Shown here: piece by piece, positions 29,559 through 39,165 of the stretch
Layout of the letters: every line of letters starts with the position of its first letter
How positions within the stretch are numbered: position 1 is the first letter of the stretch
Assembly (NCBI GenBank): GCA_965277285.1
Contig: OZ255721.1
Span: forward strand, 3,616,001-3,680,000
Direction of reading: 5' to 3'
From: Abditibacteriaceae bacterium
GTDB lineage: Bacteria > Armatimonadota > Abditibacteriia > Abditibacteriales > Abditibacteriaceae
Length of the DNA: 64,000 bases
The notes under the pieces: model-generated
The model's input: the letters and a program-made list of their open reading frames with translations, nothing else
Databases searched by the model: none
What the model was told of the DNA's origin: nothing
Position numbers and translations under genes: made by a program

Positions 29559-30329
29559 ATGGTTTGGTTCGTAGTGGCGTGTTTCGTGGTGGCTTCGCTG
29601 TGGGATTTTGTTAACAGGCCGGTTAAGAGCTATCAAACGCTGCGCGTGCAGGCGCGACCGATTGTTGAAGCGATTGAACCGGCCAACATGCCGCAAGGAG
29701 CGGCGTCTTACTTCGCGCAAATCGTTGCACAACTTGAAGCGGAAGGTTTTCAAGTGATGGGTTCGCTGAAGAGACCAAATGCCGTGAACAACGTGTGCAC
29801 ATACACCGTTTTGATGTTGAATAGTGCATCTGGGGATCAAGCATCCCTTATCATCGCTGCGCATGAAAAAGATCATGCGTTGCGCGCCGCTTCCAAAACC
29901 ATCGTTTTCGATACACGCTTTGAGAGCGGCGAAAGATTTTCGACCGCCAATATCAAAACGCCAGGCGTTTTTCGTTATGGTGCCAAAGACATTAACACGC
30001 GCTTGCCTACGACCGAAGACGCTCGGCTGATATATCAAATTCATTGCTGGGTGATGAGCCTCCAGCATCCCACGAGCGCGAAAGTGACATTTGAGCAGCA
30101 CGAAGCTGTGCCGCATTACATCGAATCCATCATCGAATCGTATGAAAAACAGGTGAGTTTTGGTCGCTTCAGCAAAGACCCGAGCGGCGATTTTTATCGC
30201 CCAACGTGGAAAGGCGCGTTCCTGATGACATGGCCTTTGCTGTATCCGCTGAAAGACTTTTATCTCTGGCAAATTAAAAGGCGAGAACAAACGACTTTGC
30301 AGGCTTTTCATGCCGTTAATCACCTTTGA
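29559..30329 (+). CDS. Hypothetical membrane-anchored protein (tandem paralog of the upstream pseudogene)
   Basis: 256-aa ORF, GGGAG RBS, N-terminal TM segment. Confidence 0.75.
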   Translation: MVWFVVACFVVASLWDFVNRPVKSYQTLRVQARPIVEAIEPANMPQGAASYFAQIVAQLEAEGFQVMGSLKRPNAVNNVCTYTVLMLNSASGDQASLIIAAHEKDHALRAASKTIVFDTRFESGERFSTANIKTPGVFRYGAKDINTRLPTTEDARLIYQIHCWVMSLQHPTSAKVTFEQHEAVPHYIESIIESYEKQVSFGRFSKDPSGDFYRPTWKGAFLMTWPLLYPLKDFYLWQIKRREQTTLQAFHAVNHL

Positions 30330-30342
30330 ATATCCGACATCG

Positions 30343-30376
30343 AAAAGGGAGAATCGAGTACTCAATTCTCCCTTTT
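30343..30376. terminator. Bidirectional terminator with the palindrome core at its apex
   Basis: AAAAGGGAGAAT-C-GAGTACTC-A-ATTCTCCCTTTT between convergent genes. Confidence 0.75.
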
Positions 30377-30379
30377 GGC

Positions 30380-31324
30380 TTAACGGTTTGTCGTATTGGC
30401 CGTTTGATTATTCGCCAAGCTCTCGGGCGGTGGCACAACCGAAACATCAACTGCGCCGGATGCGGTGGAAGTCGCTTCGCTGCCCGTCAGAATGCGCGTT
30501 TCGTCGGGATGAAGGCCAGTTTGGTCTTCGGGTTCGGTGTCTTTGAAAGTCAGGCTGCCATCGAGCGGCAAGCTGTCGTCGTCAATATCGGGGTGCGGTT
30601 TGGTGAAAGCGACGCCGGTCGGAACCTGGCCGCGAAAATCTTCTTCAGCGCCTTCGGGCGAATCGTTGTTCATGGCGTTTACTCCTTGTGAAATCGCGCT
30701 CTTTTGTCGCAAATGCGCCGCCGCTTTCCCTTCCTTTTCGCCGTTTGACAAAGGTTGTGGAATCCATGCTGCGAACTTGCGATTTAATTCGGCGCATCGA
30801 GTACTCGAACTTAGAATTAAGTCGGCGCCGCCATCATACGGCGCATAAACTTCGCCGCTTTCGAGCGACACGAAAACGATGTAATCTTCTTCGTCATCGG
30901 CAACTGCGTGAATCAGTTCATCGAACTGTCCGGCTTTCCAACGCACGGGCGCGCACCAGAAGTTCATCGCCATTTGTGCCGGTTCATCTTCGTCGGTTGT
31001 CGATTGGAAGAGCGACCAGGTGGTTTCTCGCAGGCCAGGCAATTGTTGGCGCGACGTGTCCCATTGCGGATGACCTTGCGGGCGACCGACGAAAATCAAG
31101 CCGCGCGCGCCATCGCCCAGAACCGCAGTCGCAACCGTATTGTGTCGCGTCAGCAAAATCGAGTACTCATCCGACGTTTCGGCGTAACGTTTCTCGCCTG
31201 GCAGCGAATGGATGCGCAGCCAACGTTCGCCATGTTCGACGCGCAAAATATGACCGAGCGGCGGCATGAATTCATATTGCGCAAGACCATAACGCGCGTG
31301 CCACCAACGTCGTAGTTTTTCCAT
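30380..31324 (-). CDS. DUF3885-like protein, in frame with a separately initiated acidic 97-aa C-terminal protein
   Basis: RWLRIHSLP.EKRYAE...EY.ILL.RHN, ADDE, YAPYDGGADLI; second ATG 30673 with AAGGAG RBS (MNNDSPEGAEEDFRGQVPTG...). Confidence 0.6.
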   Translation of the reverse strand: MEKLRRWWHARYGLAQYEFMPPLGHILRVEHGERWLRIHSLPGEKRYAETSDEYSILLTRHNTVATAVLGDGARGLIFVGRPQGHPQWDTSRQQLPGLRETTWSLFQSTTDEDEPAQMAMNFWCAPVRWKAGQFDELIHAVADDEEDYIVFVSLESGEVYAPYDGGADLILSSSTRCAELNRKFAAWIPQPLSNGEKEGKAAAHLRQKSAISQGVNAMNNDSPEGAEEDFRGQVPTGVAFTKPHPDIDDDSLPLDGSLTFKDTEPEDQTGLHPDETRILTGSEATSTASGAVDVSVVPPPESLANNQTANTTNR

Positions 31325-31334
31325 GTGCTTTGTT

Positions 31335-31904
31335 TTACTTCCAACTCGAGAGAAGAAACCTTTGCTCGACATCGGGTGTGGGACCGTATCCGTGCTTTTT
31401 TGATGTTTTTGTGCTAACAGCGAATAAATTGGTGCGTTGTGTTTTGTCCTGTGGAAGCTCAATCACGATTTCGTCTGTCATTTGGTCTTCTGCTTTCTCC
31501 AAATAACCGGAAACGCTAATCGCTGTGACCTTAACAGCGCCTTTTGTATACAAACCCTTTACAAAATTCAAGGCTTTCTCATTTTTCAAGTACGAATTGT
31601 CGTCAACGCCCAAGTCCGAACTCAAAGTTTTGAATGGCGCAAGCGAAGATTCAAGCCAATAAAGCGCCTCCACCGACGTGTACCATTGCGTCTTCTGCTC
31701 GAGTTTCAAGTCCAACCGGGCATAGACTTCCTGCAATTCTGCGCGTGTAGGCGGCTTTTTGAGTGGCATCGTCAAAATCTGTTGAAAAATCTGGCGCTCT
31801 TGTCCAGTCAATGAACGCGTCACAAGAATGCCGTCGATTTCTTCTTCGCGTTGATTTGTGAGCAACCAACGCTCAAGTTTTTGGATGTCGGTTTCTTTCG
31901 CCAT
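31335..31904 (-). CDS. Hypothetical protein
   Basis: About 189-aa ORF filling the gap; AT-richer; no recognised motif. Confidence 0.6.
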   Translation of the reverse strand: MAKETDIQKLERWLLTNQREEEIDGILVTRSLTGQERQIFQQILTMPLKKPPTRAELQEVYARLDLKLEQKTQWYTSVEALYWLESSLAPFKTLSSDLGVDDNSYLKNEKALNFVKGLYTKGAVKVTAISVSGYLEKAEDQMTDEIVIELPQDKTQRTNLFAVSTKTSKKHGYGPTPDVEQRFLLSSWK

Positions 31905-31972
31905 TATGCTTTCTAATTTACTGCATAAATTGAACACGCGGCAGATAGAACGAACCGCTAAACTCGTCTTTC

Positions 31973-33436
31973 ATGAACTCTCAATCTCTTCAAGAACTCA
32001 TCGAAATCGTTGGCGCAAATGGCGTTTTGCATGGCGATGAAACGCGCGTTTATGAATGCGATGCGATGGTTGGTTTCAAAAATCGCCCGCAAATTGTGGT
32101 GCTTCCGACGAGCACGCAACAAGTCGCCGATGTCGTGAAATGCGCGGGCAAATACAAACTGAACGTCATTCCGCGCGGCGCGGGAACAGGTTTGGCGGGC
32201 GGCGCCTTAGCTGAAGGCGATTGCGTGATGCTGGCGCTAACGCGCATGACGCAAATCGAAGAAATCGACGTTCCCAATCGTTGCGCTCTGGTGCAGGCGG
32301 GCGTCGTCAACAGCCATTTGACGCAGCGCGTTTCTAGTCACGGCTTGTGCTTCGCGCCCGATCCATCGAGCCAGGCGGCGTGCACCATCGGCGGAAATAT
32401 CGCGGCCAATTCAGGCGGGCCACATACGCTGAAATATGGCGTCACGGTCAATCATACGCTGGGCGTGGAACTGGTGACGCCCGAAGGCGAAATTGTCTGG
32501 CTGGGCGGCAAGTCGAGTACTCGAAACGTCGATTTAACGGGCGTTGTGGTCGGCAGCGAAGGCACATTTGGCATCGTGACGCGCGCCTGGGTCAAACTTT
32601 CGCCCGCCTCGAAAAACGCGCATACGATGCTGGCGATTTTCGATGACTTCGATGATGCCGCGCAATGTATTTCCAACGTGATTGGCGCGGGCATTATTCC
32701 GGCTGCGCTCGAAATGCTGGACGACGTGTTTGTGCCAGCTATCGAAGCCGCTTACAAGTTTGGTTTTCCGCTCGATGCTGCCGCGATTTTGTTGATTGAA
32801 ACTGATGGTTTAGCAGAAGCGAGCGCAGCCGAAGCCGAACTTGCCGCGCAAATCTGTCGGGAAAGTGGCGCGCGCGAAGTTCGGCTGGCCAAAGATGATA
32901 AAGAACGCAAGAATTTGTGGGCGGCGCGCAAAGGCGCTTTCGGTGCGATTGGACGCATCACGCGCAGTTATGTGACGCAGGACGGCGTTGTTCCTCGTTC
33001 TCAAATCGCGCCGATGTTGAAAGAAGCCAAGCGTATCGCGGCCAAACACAACATCAAAATCGGCAATGTGTTTCATGCAGGCGACGGCAATTTGCATCCG
33101 TGCCTGATGTATGACGAGCGCGATCCCGAACAATTGCCGCGCGTGTTGGAAGCGGGCGAAGAAATTCTGCGCGCCTGCATCGCTCTGGGCGGCAGCGTGA
33201 CCGGCGAACACGGCGTTGGAATTGAGAAAATCAACCTGATGGAACTGGCGTTCACGCCCGATACGTTGAGCGCGATGCGCGATTTGCGCGAAGTCTTCGA
33301 CCCGGAAAGCCGCTTCAATCCGTCGAAAGTTTTGCCCAGTCGTCACGGCTGCATCGAAGTCAGTCATTCGATGCGCAACGCGCGCGCGTTAATCGAAAGC
33401 GGCAACGCGTTTATGCGTCGCAAAGGTTATGTGTAA
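31973..33436 (+). CDS. glcD: FAD-linked oxidase, glycolate oxidase subunit GlcD-like
   Basis: PRGAGTGLAGGA, FAPDPSSQ.ACTIGGN, GSEGTFGIVT, FHAGDGNLHP, GEHGVG.EK. Confidence 0.88.
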   Translation: MNSQSLQELIEIVGANGVLHGDETRVYECDAMVGFKNRPQIVVLPTSTQQVADVVKCAGKYKLNVIPRGAGTGLAGGALAEGDCVMLALTRMTQIEEIDVPNRCALVQAGVVNSHLTQRVSSHGLCFAPDPSSQAACTIGGNIAANSGGPHTLKYGVTVNHTLGVELVTPEGEIVWLGGKSSTRNVDLTGVVVGSEGTFGIVTRAWVKLSPASKNAHTMLAIFDDFDDAAQCISNVIGAGIIPAALEMLDDVFVPAIEAAYKFGFPLDAAAILLIETDGLAEASAAEAELAAQICRESGAREVRLAKDDKERKNLWAARKGAFGAIGRITRSYVTQDGVVPRSQIAPMLKEAKRIAAKHNIKIGNVFHAGDGNLHPCLMYDERDPEQLPRVLEAGEEILRACIALGGSVTGEHGVGIEKINLMELAFTPDTLSAMRDLREVFDPESRFNPSKVLPSRHGCIEVSHSMRNARALIESGNAFMRRKGYV

Positions 33437-33481
33437 ATTGACGATACGAGTACTCGATAACGTTTTGATAGATGAAATCAC

Positions 33482-33934
33482 ATGAGAAAAATTGAGACGG
33501 GCGTGTCAAAGAAAGGTTGTTTAAGTGGAGTTTCTGGCTGCGTGTTTTCTATTTGGGGTTTTATCCTCAATATTTGCATCACGCGTTGGTTGATGAGGAC
33601 GCATTATAATTTTCCGATTTTGCTCGCCCCAAAAACCCTCTCGACGTATTTGATAATCCGTAGTCTTACATTTTTGTCGTCTTTGCTCGGCTTACTTCTG
33701 GGCTTTATAACGGGCTACATTTGTGTCTCAAGAGAATGGGTTCTGGCCTGGCGATCTGGCTGGGTGTTTCTCGTCGTTGTCACTGGTTTATCTTTGGTAG
33801 GCTTGCCCATAAGATGGCGACTGATGTTCGATACGTATGCTTTCTCCTTTCTTTGGGCGTTGTCGCTTATCGCGGTTGGCTATGTTTTGCGAACACGACC
33901 TAAAGAACGAAACGATGTAGTATCGAGTATTTGA
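33482..33934 (+). CDS. Small AT-rich 4-TM membrane protein (paralog A)
   Basis: Hydrophobic ORF that aligns by eye with 33934-34350 (F..WG..LN..IT.WL; GLL.GF.T.YI..S; FSFLWA.SLIAVGY..R.RPK). Confidence 0.7.
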   Translation: MRKIETGVSKKGCLSGVSGCVFSIWGFILNICITRWLMRTHYNFPILLAPKTLSTYLIIRSLTFLSSLLGLLLGFITGYICVSREWVLAWRSGWVFLVVVTGLSLVGLPIRWRLMFDTYAFSFLWALSLIAVGYVLRTRPKERNDVVSSI

Positions 33935-34350
33935 TGGCGAAGATTCCTATGGACAAGGGGACAAGAAGTTGCTTAGGCTTCGTTGCAAGTTGCTTCTTCG
34001 CGGTTTGGGGATGCTATCTCAATGGCTTCATTACGGCGTGGTTGTGGTGGCAAACCCAGCAGTTCGAGAAGCAACAAAAGGCCTTCGGTGGGCCTTTCAT
34101 CTCAATGATGATTGGTTTATTATTCGGGTTTGTCACGCCTTACATCTTCTTTTCAAAGGATGCACGCTTGGCACGCCAGACCGGTTTTATCTTCGTGTTC
34201 ATCGTGATGGCTTTGTTTAGCTATGAATTACGCGGCGGTGCAAGTTTAATTGTCTGTTGCGCCAATTATAGTTTCTCGTTTTTATGGGCATCATCACTTA
34301 TCGCCGTTGGATACCTTTCACGCTCGCGGCCAAAGAATGGTGCAGCCTAA
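33934..34350 (+). CDS. Small AT-rich 4-TM membrane protein (paralog B)
   Basis: See paralog A; start overlaps the paralog A stop (TGATG). Confidence 0.7.
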   Translation: MAKIPMDKGTRSCLGFVASCFFAVWGCYLNGFITAWLWWQTQQFEKQQKAFGGPFISMMIGLLFGFVTPYIFFSKDARLARQTGFIFVFIVMALFSYELRGGASLIVCCANYSFSFLWASSLIAVGYLSRSRPKNGAA

Positions 34351-34380
34351 TATCGAGTACTCTTTTTTTCGTCGCTGAAT

Positions 34381-34466
34381 GTAGGGGCGCACGGTGTGCG
34401 CCCGCGAAAGTGACAATTACTTCGATATAACTGGAACGCCATAGGGCGGACGCCGCGCGCCTCTAC
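34381..34466. repeat. GTAG-type REP doublet
   Basis: GTAGGGGCGCACGGTGTGCGCCC ... GGGCGGACGCCGCGCGCCTCTAC; a second doublet at about 49553-49640. Confidence 0.7.
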
Positions 34467-34488
34467 ATTCGTCACTCGTCATCAATTT

Positions 34489-35268
34489 CTACAGCCATTT
34501 AATCAGCCACAGCGAGAAGATGTAAAGCAAACACGGCGGAACGGACGCGATAACGAGCGTAATCGGGTCCCAGGTCGGCGTGATGATGGAAACGATGACG
34601 AAAATCATAACCACGACGTGGCGCCAATATTCGATCATCACGTTGCGCGACACGATGCCGGTTTTATTGAAGAAAACCGTGATAACGGGCACTTGAAAAC
34701 AGGCGCCGAAGACCAGCATCATCTTCGCCAGCAAAATAATGCTGTGCGCATAATCGAACATGGCGGCGGAATCGGGTGGCTGATATTGCAAGAAAAACTT
34801 GAAAAACAACGGCGCCAGCCAATATCCCATCATGCAGCCGCACAAAAACAATCCCGCCGAAAACGGCACTAAAACGCTCGTATAACGGCGCTCGTTGTGT
34901 GTCAAAGCCGGTTCGATGAAGCGCCACAACTGATATAAAACGAACGGCATCGAAATAATCAGCGCCGAAAACAAGCTGATCTGGAAATAGATCATGAAGC
35001 CGTCGGTGATTTGCGGCGTGAACAATTTCGCGTTGTTGTGACCGTAGACGCGCAAAGCATCGAGAATCGGGCGCGCAAACCAACGCTGAATCGGCGTGGT
35101 GAAGTTCCACGTCAAAATCATCGTCAGCACGACGGCGGAAATCGAATAGAGCAGGCGCGTGCGCAGTTCGGTCAGGTGATCGACCAAAGTCAGTTCGGCT
35201 TCGCTTCGCGTAGTGGTTCGAGTACTCGAAGGTGCGTCGGGAATTTCGGGAGAAACATCGGGAGTCAT
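34489..35268 (-). CDS. tatC: Twin-arginine translocase subunit TatC
   Basis: LVDHLTELRTRL, YQLWRFIEPAL, FQVPV, IITPTWDP; six TM helices. Confidence 0.95.
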   Translation of the reverse strand: MTPDVSPEIPDAPSSTRTTTRSEAELTLVDHLTELRTRLLYSISAVVLTMILTWNFTTPIQRWFARPILDALRVYGHNNAKLFTPQITDGFMIYFQISLFSALIISMPFVLYQLWRFIEPALTHNERRYTSVLVPFSAGLFLCGCMMGYWLAPLFFKFFLQYQPPDSAAMFDYAHSIILLAKMMLVFGACFQVPVITVFFNKTGIVSRNVMIEYWRHVVVMIFVIVSIITPTWDPITLVIASVPPCLLYIFSLWLIKWL

Positions 35269-35436
35269 CGCAAAGATTTTAGCAGATTGAACAACACCCT
35301 GAACGTTTGCTGCTTGTGTTAGCGAATGAATTCGCCGCCAGAAAAAGGTGTCGGACTAAATCCGACACGGCTCCAATCACTTCGTGTCAACGAAGGTTGA
35401 GTTGGTTCTCTGGTGGCAAACTCATTCGTTGGCCAA

Positions 35437-36591
35437 TCAAAACAAAGTTTTCTGTTCGTTCTGGGCGTGCGTTCGCAGCCAAGCGAGCAAATTTTTCATC
35501 GCTGAGGGCAATGCCAAAGGCGCGATCTCATCCCAGGCGAACCATCGAGTACTCGAATGCGCGGAGGATTCTTTCACTTCAACGCGCCAGCATTCGAGCG
35601 CGATTTTATGATGTGTCACGCCGTGCGAAATTGTTTTGAGAGGTGTTTCGACGGCGATGTTCTCGCATCCCAGTTCGTCGCACAACAATCGCTGCAAAGC
35701 GTCCGGCGCGCTTTCGTTTTGCTGGCGCGTCGTGCGTGGCAATTCCCACATGCCGCGCCACCAGATTCCCGCGTCGTGCGAGCGTTGGCGCAACAAAACT
35801 TCTTCGTTGCCTTCGCTTGAAAGTCGCGTTACAAAGGCGCAAACGTCTTGCAATTCGACGCTTCGTCGTTTGGGCGCGATGAACGGCAATTCGTTCTGGC
35901 GATGGGTTTTGAAAGCGCCGCAAAAACCCTGAACCGGACAACTTTCGCACTTAGGGTTTTTCGGCGTGCAAACCAGTGCGCCCAGTTCCATCATGGCGGG
36001 ATTGACAATTGAAGGTGGAAACTCGTCGTTGCAACTTTCGACAACGCACGTCGCGTGTTGCCACAAAAGCGTTTGATTGGCCGCATTCTTCAAATCGCCT
36101 TCGATGAGGAACAAGCGCGCGAAAAGGCGCGCCACGTTCGCATCGACAATCGGATTCTTTTGACCAAAGGCGATGCTGGTGACGGCGCCCGCCGTGTAGC
36201 GCCCGATGCCAGGAAGTTCGAGTACTCGATTCAATTCCGTCGGGAAAACGCCGTCGTATTTTTCGATGATTTGTTGCGCGCAACGATGCAGCATTCTCGC
36301 GCGCGAATAATATCCAAGGCCAGCCCAAAAGGGCAAAACTTCTTCGATGTCGGCACTTGCTAAACTTGTCAAATCGGGAAAACGGTTGATAAATCGTTCG
36401 TAAAACGGCACGACAGCTTTCACAGTCGTTTGTTGCAGCATCACTTCGGAAACGAGTACGCGATAAGCATCGCGCGCGTTTTCGACCTTGCGCCACGGCA
36501 AATCGCGTTGCGCAGAAGCGAACCACGTTGCCAATGCGCGGTCAAACGCCGCATAATCGAAGGTGTGAGTTGAAGAAGTTGGACGAGACAC
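35437..36591 (-). CDS. mutY: A/G-specific adenine glycosylase
   Basis: RDLPWR, VSEVMLQQT, WAGLGYYSRAR, LPGIGRYTA, VDANV.R, C-x6-C-x2-C-x5-C cluster, NUDIX-like tail. Confidence 0.97.
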   Translation of the reverse strand: MSRPTSSTHTFDYAAFDRALATWFASAQRDLPWRKVENARDAYRVLVSEVMLQQTTVKAVVPFYERFINRFPDLTSLASADIEEVLPFWAGLGYYSRARMLHRCAQQIIEKYDGVFPTELNRVLELPGIGRYTAGAVTSIAFGQKNPIVDANVARLFARLFLIEGDLKNAANQTLLWQHATCVVESCNDEFPPSIVNPAMMELGALVCTPKNPKCESCPVQGFCGAFKTHRQNELPFIAPKRRSVELQDVCAFVTRLSSEGNEEVLLRQRSHDAGIWWRGMWELPRTTRQQNESAPDALQRLLCDELGCENIAVETPLKTISHGVTHHKIALECWRVEVKESSAHSSTRWFAWDEIAPLALPSAMKNLLAWLRTHAQNEQKTLF

Positions 36592-36623
36592 AACAGCAGT
36601 TTATCAAGACATCGCTTACTTTT

Positions 36624-37118
36624 ATGGATACCGCTTCGCCTAACTACTTTACGTGCTGGGTGCGTTTTAATCAGACGGACATTTATTTAATTTGGTATTC
36701 GTCATCTGATGGAAAATACGATTGCCGCGTTCTGCTTGACGAGAAGAATTGCATTCGCACGTTTGCTGATGCGCCAAGTCTGCGGCATTTTGCCGACAAA
36801 AACAAAATTGTTCTGGAACTGGAAGAACCGATCCTGCATAACTTCGATGTCGTGAAAAGTTGGCTACAAAACCCGAAGCGGTGCCGCGTAAAACATGAAT
36901 TTTTAGGCGTGTGGAATCTGTGCGATGACATCGCTTATTCAGTGAACGATCAACAATTTACTGAGTATATTGACCGGTATAAACGGCTTTGGAGCGACTT
37001 ACTCTGGAGTTGTCGTCCCATTCGCCATAAGCGCGATGTGCGAGTTTTGCGTCGCGTACTCGCACGTGGCATCGAGTTATTTCGTAATCATCTTGCACCT
37101 CAATCGAAGGAAAATTAA
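36624..37118 (+). CDS. Hypothetical protein
   Basis: About 164-aa AT-richer ORF whose stop overlaps the next start (TAATG). Confidence 0.6.
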   Translation: MDTASPNYFTCWVRFNQTDIYLIWYSSSDGKYDCRVLLDEKNCIRTFADAPSLRHFADKNKIVLELEEPILHNFDVVKSWLQNPKRCRVKHEFLGVWNLCDDIAYSVNDQQFTEYIDRYKRLWSDLLWSCRPIRHKRDVRVLRRVLARGIELFRNHLAPQSKEN

Positions 37119-38161
37119 TGTTGAAAGATTTACGCGCGCATTTTCGCGGTTGTTTGCTGGGTTTGGCTGTTGGTGACGCGTTGGGCGGGCCAGTCGAGTT
37201 TATGGACGCGCGTTCCATCGAGAAAAAACATGGTCGCGTGACCGAAATGATCGGCGGCGGCTGGCTGCATCTCAAGCCCGGGCAATACACCGACGACACG
37301 CAAATGGCGCTGCTCCTGGCCGAAAGTCTGGTCGAGAAAAATGCTTTCGATGCCCGCGACATCGCGGCGCGTTTTGTGGCGTGGTTGCACTCCAATCCGC
37401 CGGATGTTGGCAATCATACGCGCGCGGTTTTGGGCAAAATGGCAAGCGATGGCAACGATTGGAAAAGCGTCAGTTCGAGTACTCAACGCACCAATCCGCA
37501 AAGCGCAGGCAACGGTTCTTTGATGCGTTGCCCGCCGGTCGCTTTGTGGGATTTCGCCGACGTTTCGGCTCGATTAGAGCATTCGCGCGTGCAAAGCGAA
37601 ATCACGCACGCGCACCAGGAATGCCAGTGGAGTTGCGCGCTGCTCAACTCGTTCATCTTTCACCTGATGACGGTCGGCGTGCGCGATCTGGCGCTGGAAC
37701 GCGCTTTGAATGAATGCCGCGACGCGCCCGGACATATTCGCAAACGCGCGCAACTTGCGCCTGGCAAAATGAAAGGCGAACTCAAGCCCACAGGTTATGT
37801 TTTAGATACGCTCGATTGCGCGATCTGGGCATTTATGAACACCGAAAGTTTCGAGGACGCGGTGGTTTCTTCCATCAATTTGGGCGGCGACGCGGATACG
37901 ATTGGCGCAGTTTGTGGCGCTCTGGCCGGCGCTTTTTACGGGGAACGACAAATTCCGCAACGCTGGCTTGATGTCTTAGAAAACCGTGAACATATCGCAA
38001 ATCTGGCGACGCAAATGGCGACGCGTCACATCGAAACATTCACCGCGAAGAACACTGAGAGCGCGAAGGAAGAAGAGAAAAACAGCGCGGGCGAAGCAAA
38101 AAGTTCTGAAACATCGCCAAATGACGCGAAAGACGCTGACGCGAAAGTTAGCGCGAATTGA
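37118..38161 (+). CDS. ADP-ribosylglycohydrolase (DraG family)
   Basis: GLAVGDALG, GQYTDDTQM, AGNGSLMR, GGDADTIGAV.GALAGA.YG. Confidence 0.93.
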   Translation: MLKDLRAHFRGCLLGLAVGDALGGPVEFMDARSIEKKHGRVTEMIGGGWLHLKPGQYTDDTQMALLLAESLVEKNAFDARDIAARFVAWLHSNPPDVGNHTRAVLGKMASDGNDWKSVSSSTQRTNPQSAGNGSLMRCPPVALWDFADVSARLEHSRVQSEITHAHQECQWSCALLNSFIFHLMTVGVRDLALERALNECRDAPGHIRKRAQLAPGKMKGELKPTGYVLDTLDCAIWAFMNTESFEDAVVSSINLGGDADTIGAVCGALAGAFYGERQIPQRWLDVLENREHIANLATQMATRHIETFTAKNTESAKEEEKNSAGEAKSSETSPNDAKDADAKVSAN

Positions 38162-38188
38162 GTACTCGATAAGTTCGACCAAAACCCA

Positions 38189-38803
38189 ATGGCGAATCGT
38201 TACGACCTTTTAGCGCCAACTTATGACCAAGTTTGGGCACGTTACAATCGGGCGACGAGCGATGAAGTGTTGCGATGTTTGCCGCAAAACCTTGAAGGTG
38301 CGCACGTTCTCGACGTTGGTGCAGGAACCGGATTCTTCATTGAACAGTTGTTGAACCAACATCCGCAAGTCGGTCAATTTGTGGCGCTCGATTCAAGCCG
38401 TAAAATGTTGCAAGTGGCGCAACGAAAGTTAGCGGAAATTTCGCATCGTCAAATGATGTTCGTGCAAGGTGAAGCCGAACGTTTGCCGTTTCAAGACAGA
38501 ACATTCGATGTTGTCGTCTCGATGAACACGTTGCATTATTTGCGCGAACCGCACAAATTTTTCAGCGAAGCTAATCGAGTACTCGAAAGCGGCGGAACGC
38601 TCGTTGTTCAGGATTACACGCGCAACATTTGGCCGTTTTTTGAAATTGGCGCGCGTTTGTTCGATAAAGGAACGCAGCGTTTGTACTCGCTGCGCGAACT
38701 GAACGATTTGGCGGAACGCGCTGGTTTTCGTGTCGAACGCGCTCGTTGTTTTCCGATTTCTCGCTTTTGGCGCGGCGTTTTGTTGAAGGCAAAGAAAAAT
38801 TAA
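38189..38803 (+). CDS. Class I SAM-dependent methyltransferase
   Basis: VLDVGAGTG, LDSS..ML, AERLPF.D.TFDVV, RVL..GG.LVV. Confidence 0.9.
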   Translation: MANRYDLLAPTYDQVWARYNRATSDEVLRCLPQNLEGAHVLDVGAGTGFFIEQLLNQHPQVGQFVALDSSRKMLQVAQRKLAEISHRQMMFVQGEAERLPFQDRTFDVVVSMNTLHYLREPHKFFSEANRVLESGGTLVVQDYTRNIWPFFEIGARLFDKGTQRLYSLRELNDLAERAGFRVERARCFPISRFWRGVLLKAKKN

Positions 38804-38851
38804 CCGCAGAGTCGCCAAGAAAATTAGATTAGGTGAAGTTCGTCATTCTGA

Positions 38852-39012
38852 CAGGTTGTAGAGAAAGTCGCAAAAAGCAGTAGAAAATGCTCGAAAGTGG
38901 AAGTTGTCATTCTGAGCGGAGCGAAGAATCTAACTGCAGCCAGATTCTTCGCTCCGCCCAGAATGACAAACTTCCACTTTTAGGGACTTTCGTGTACTTT
39001 CTATACAACCTT
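38852..39012. mobile_element. MITE copy 2 (~161 bp) inserted inside a REP
   Basis: TIRs AGGTTGTAGAGAAAGT / ACTTTCTATACAACCT; TGA duplicated at 38849-38851 and 39013-39015; excision restores GTCATTCTGAGCGTAGCG. Confidence 0.85.
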
Positions 39013-39165
39013 TGAGCGTAGCGTTGGGCGCCTGTTAGAAAAGCAACGACTTGCTTTTCGCTGGGCTGGAGAATCTAAACCCGAAGTTAGATTCCTCGCT
39101 GCGCTTAGAATGACAAACTTTTACTATTCCTCAATTTCTCTGTGGCTTTGTGGTTAATCAAAATT

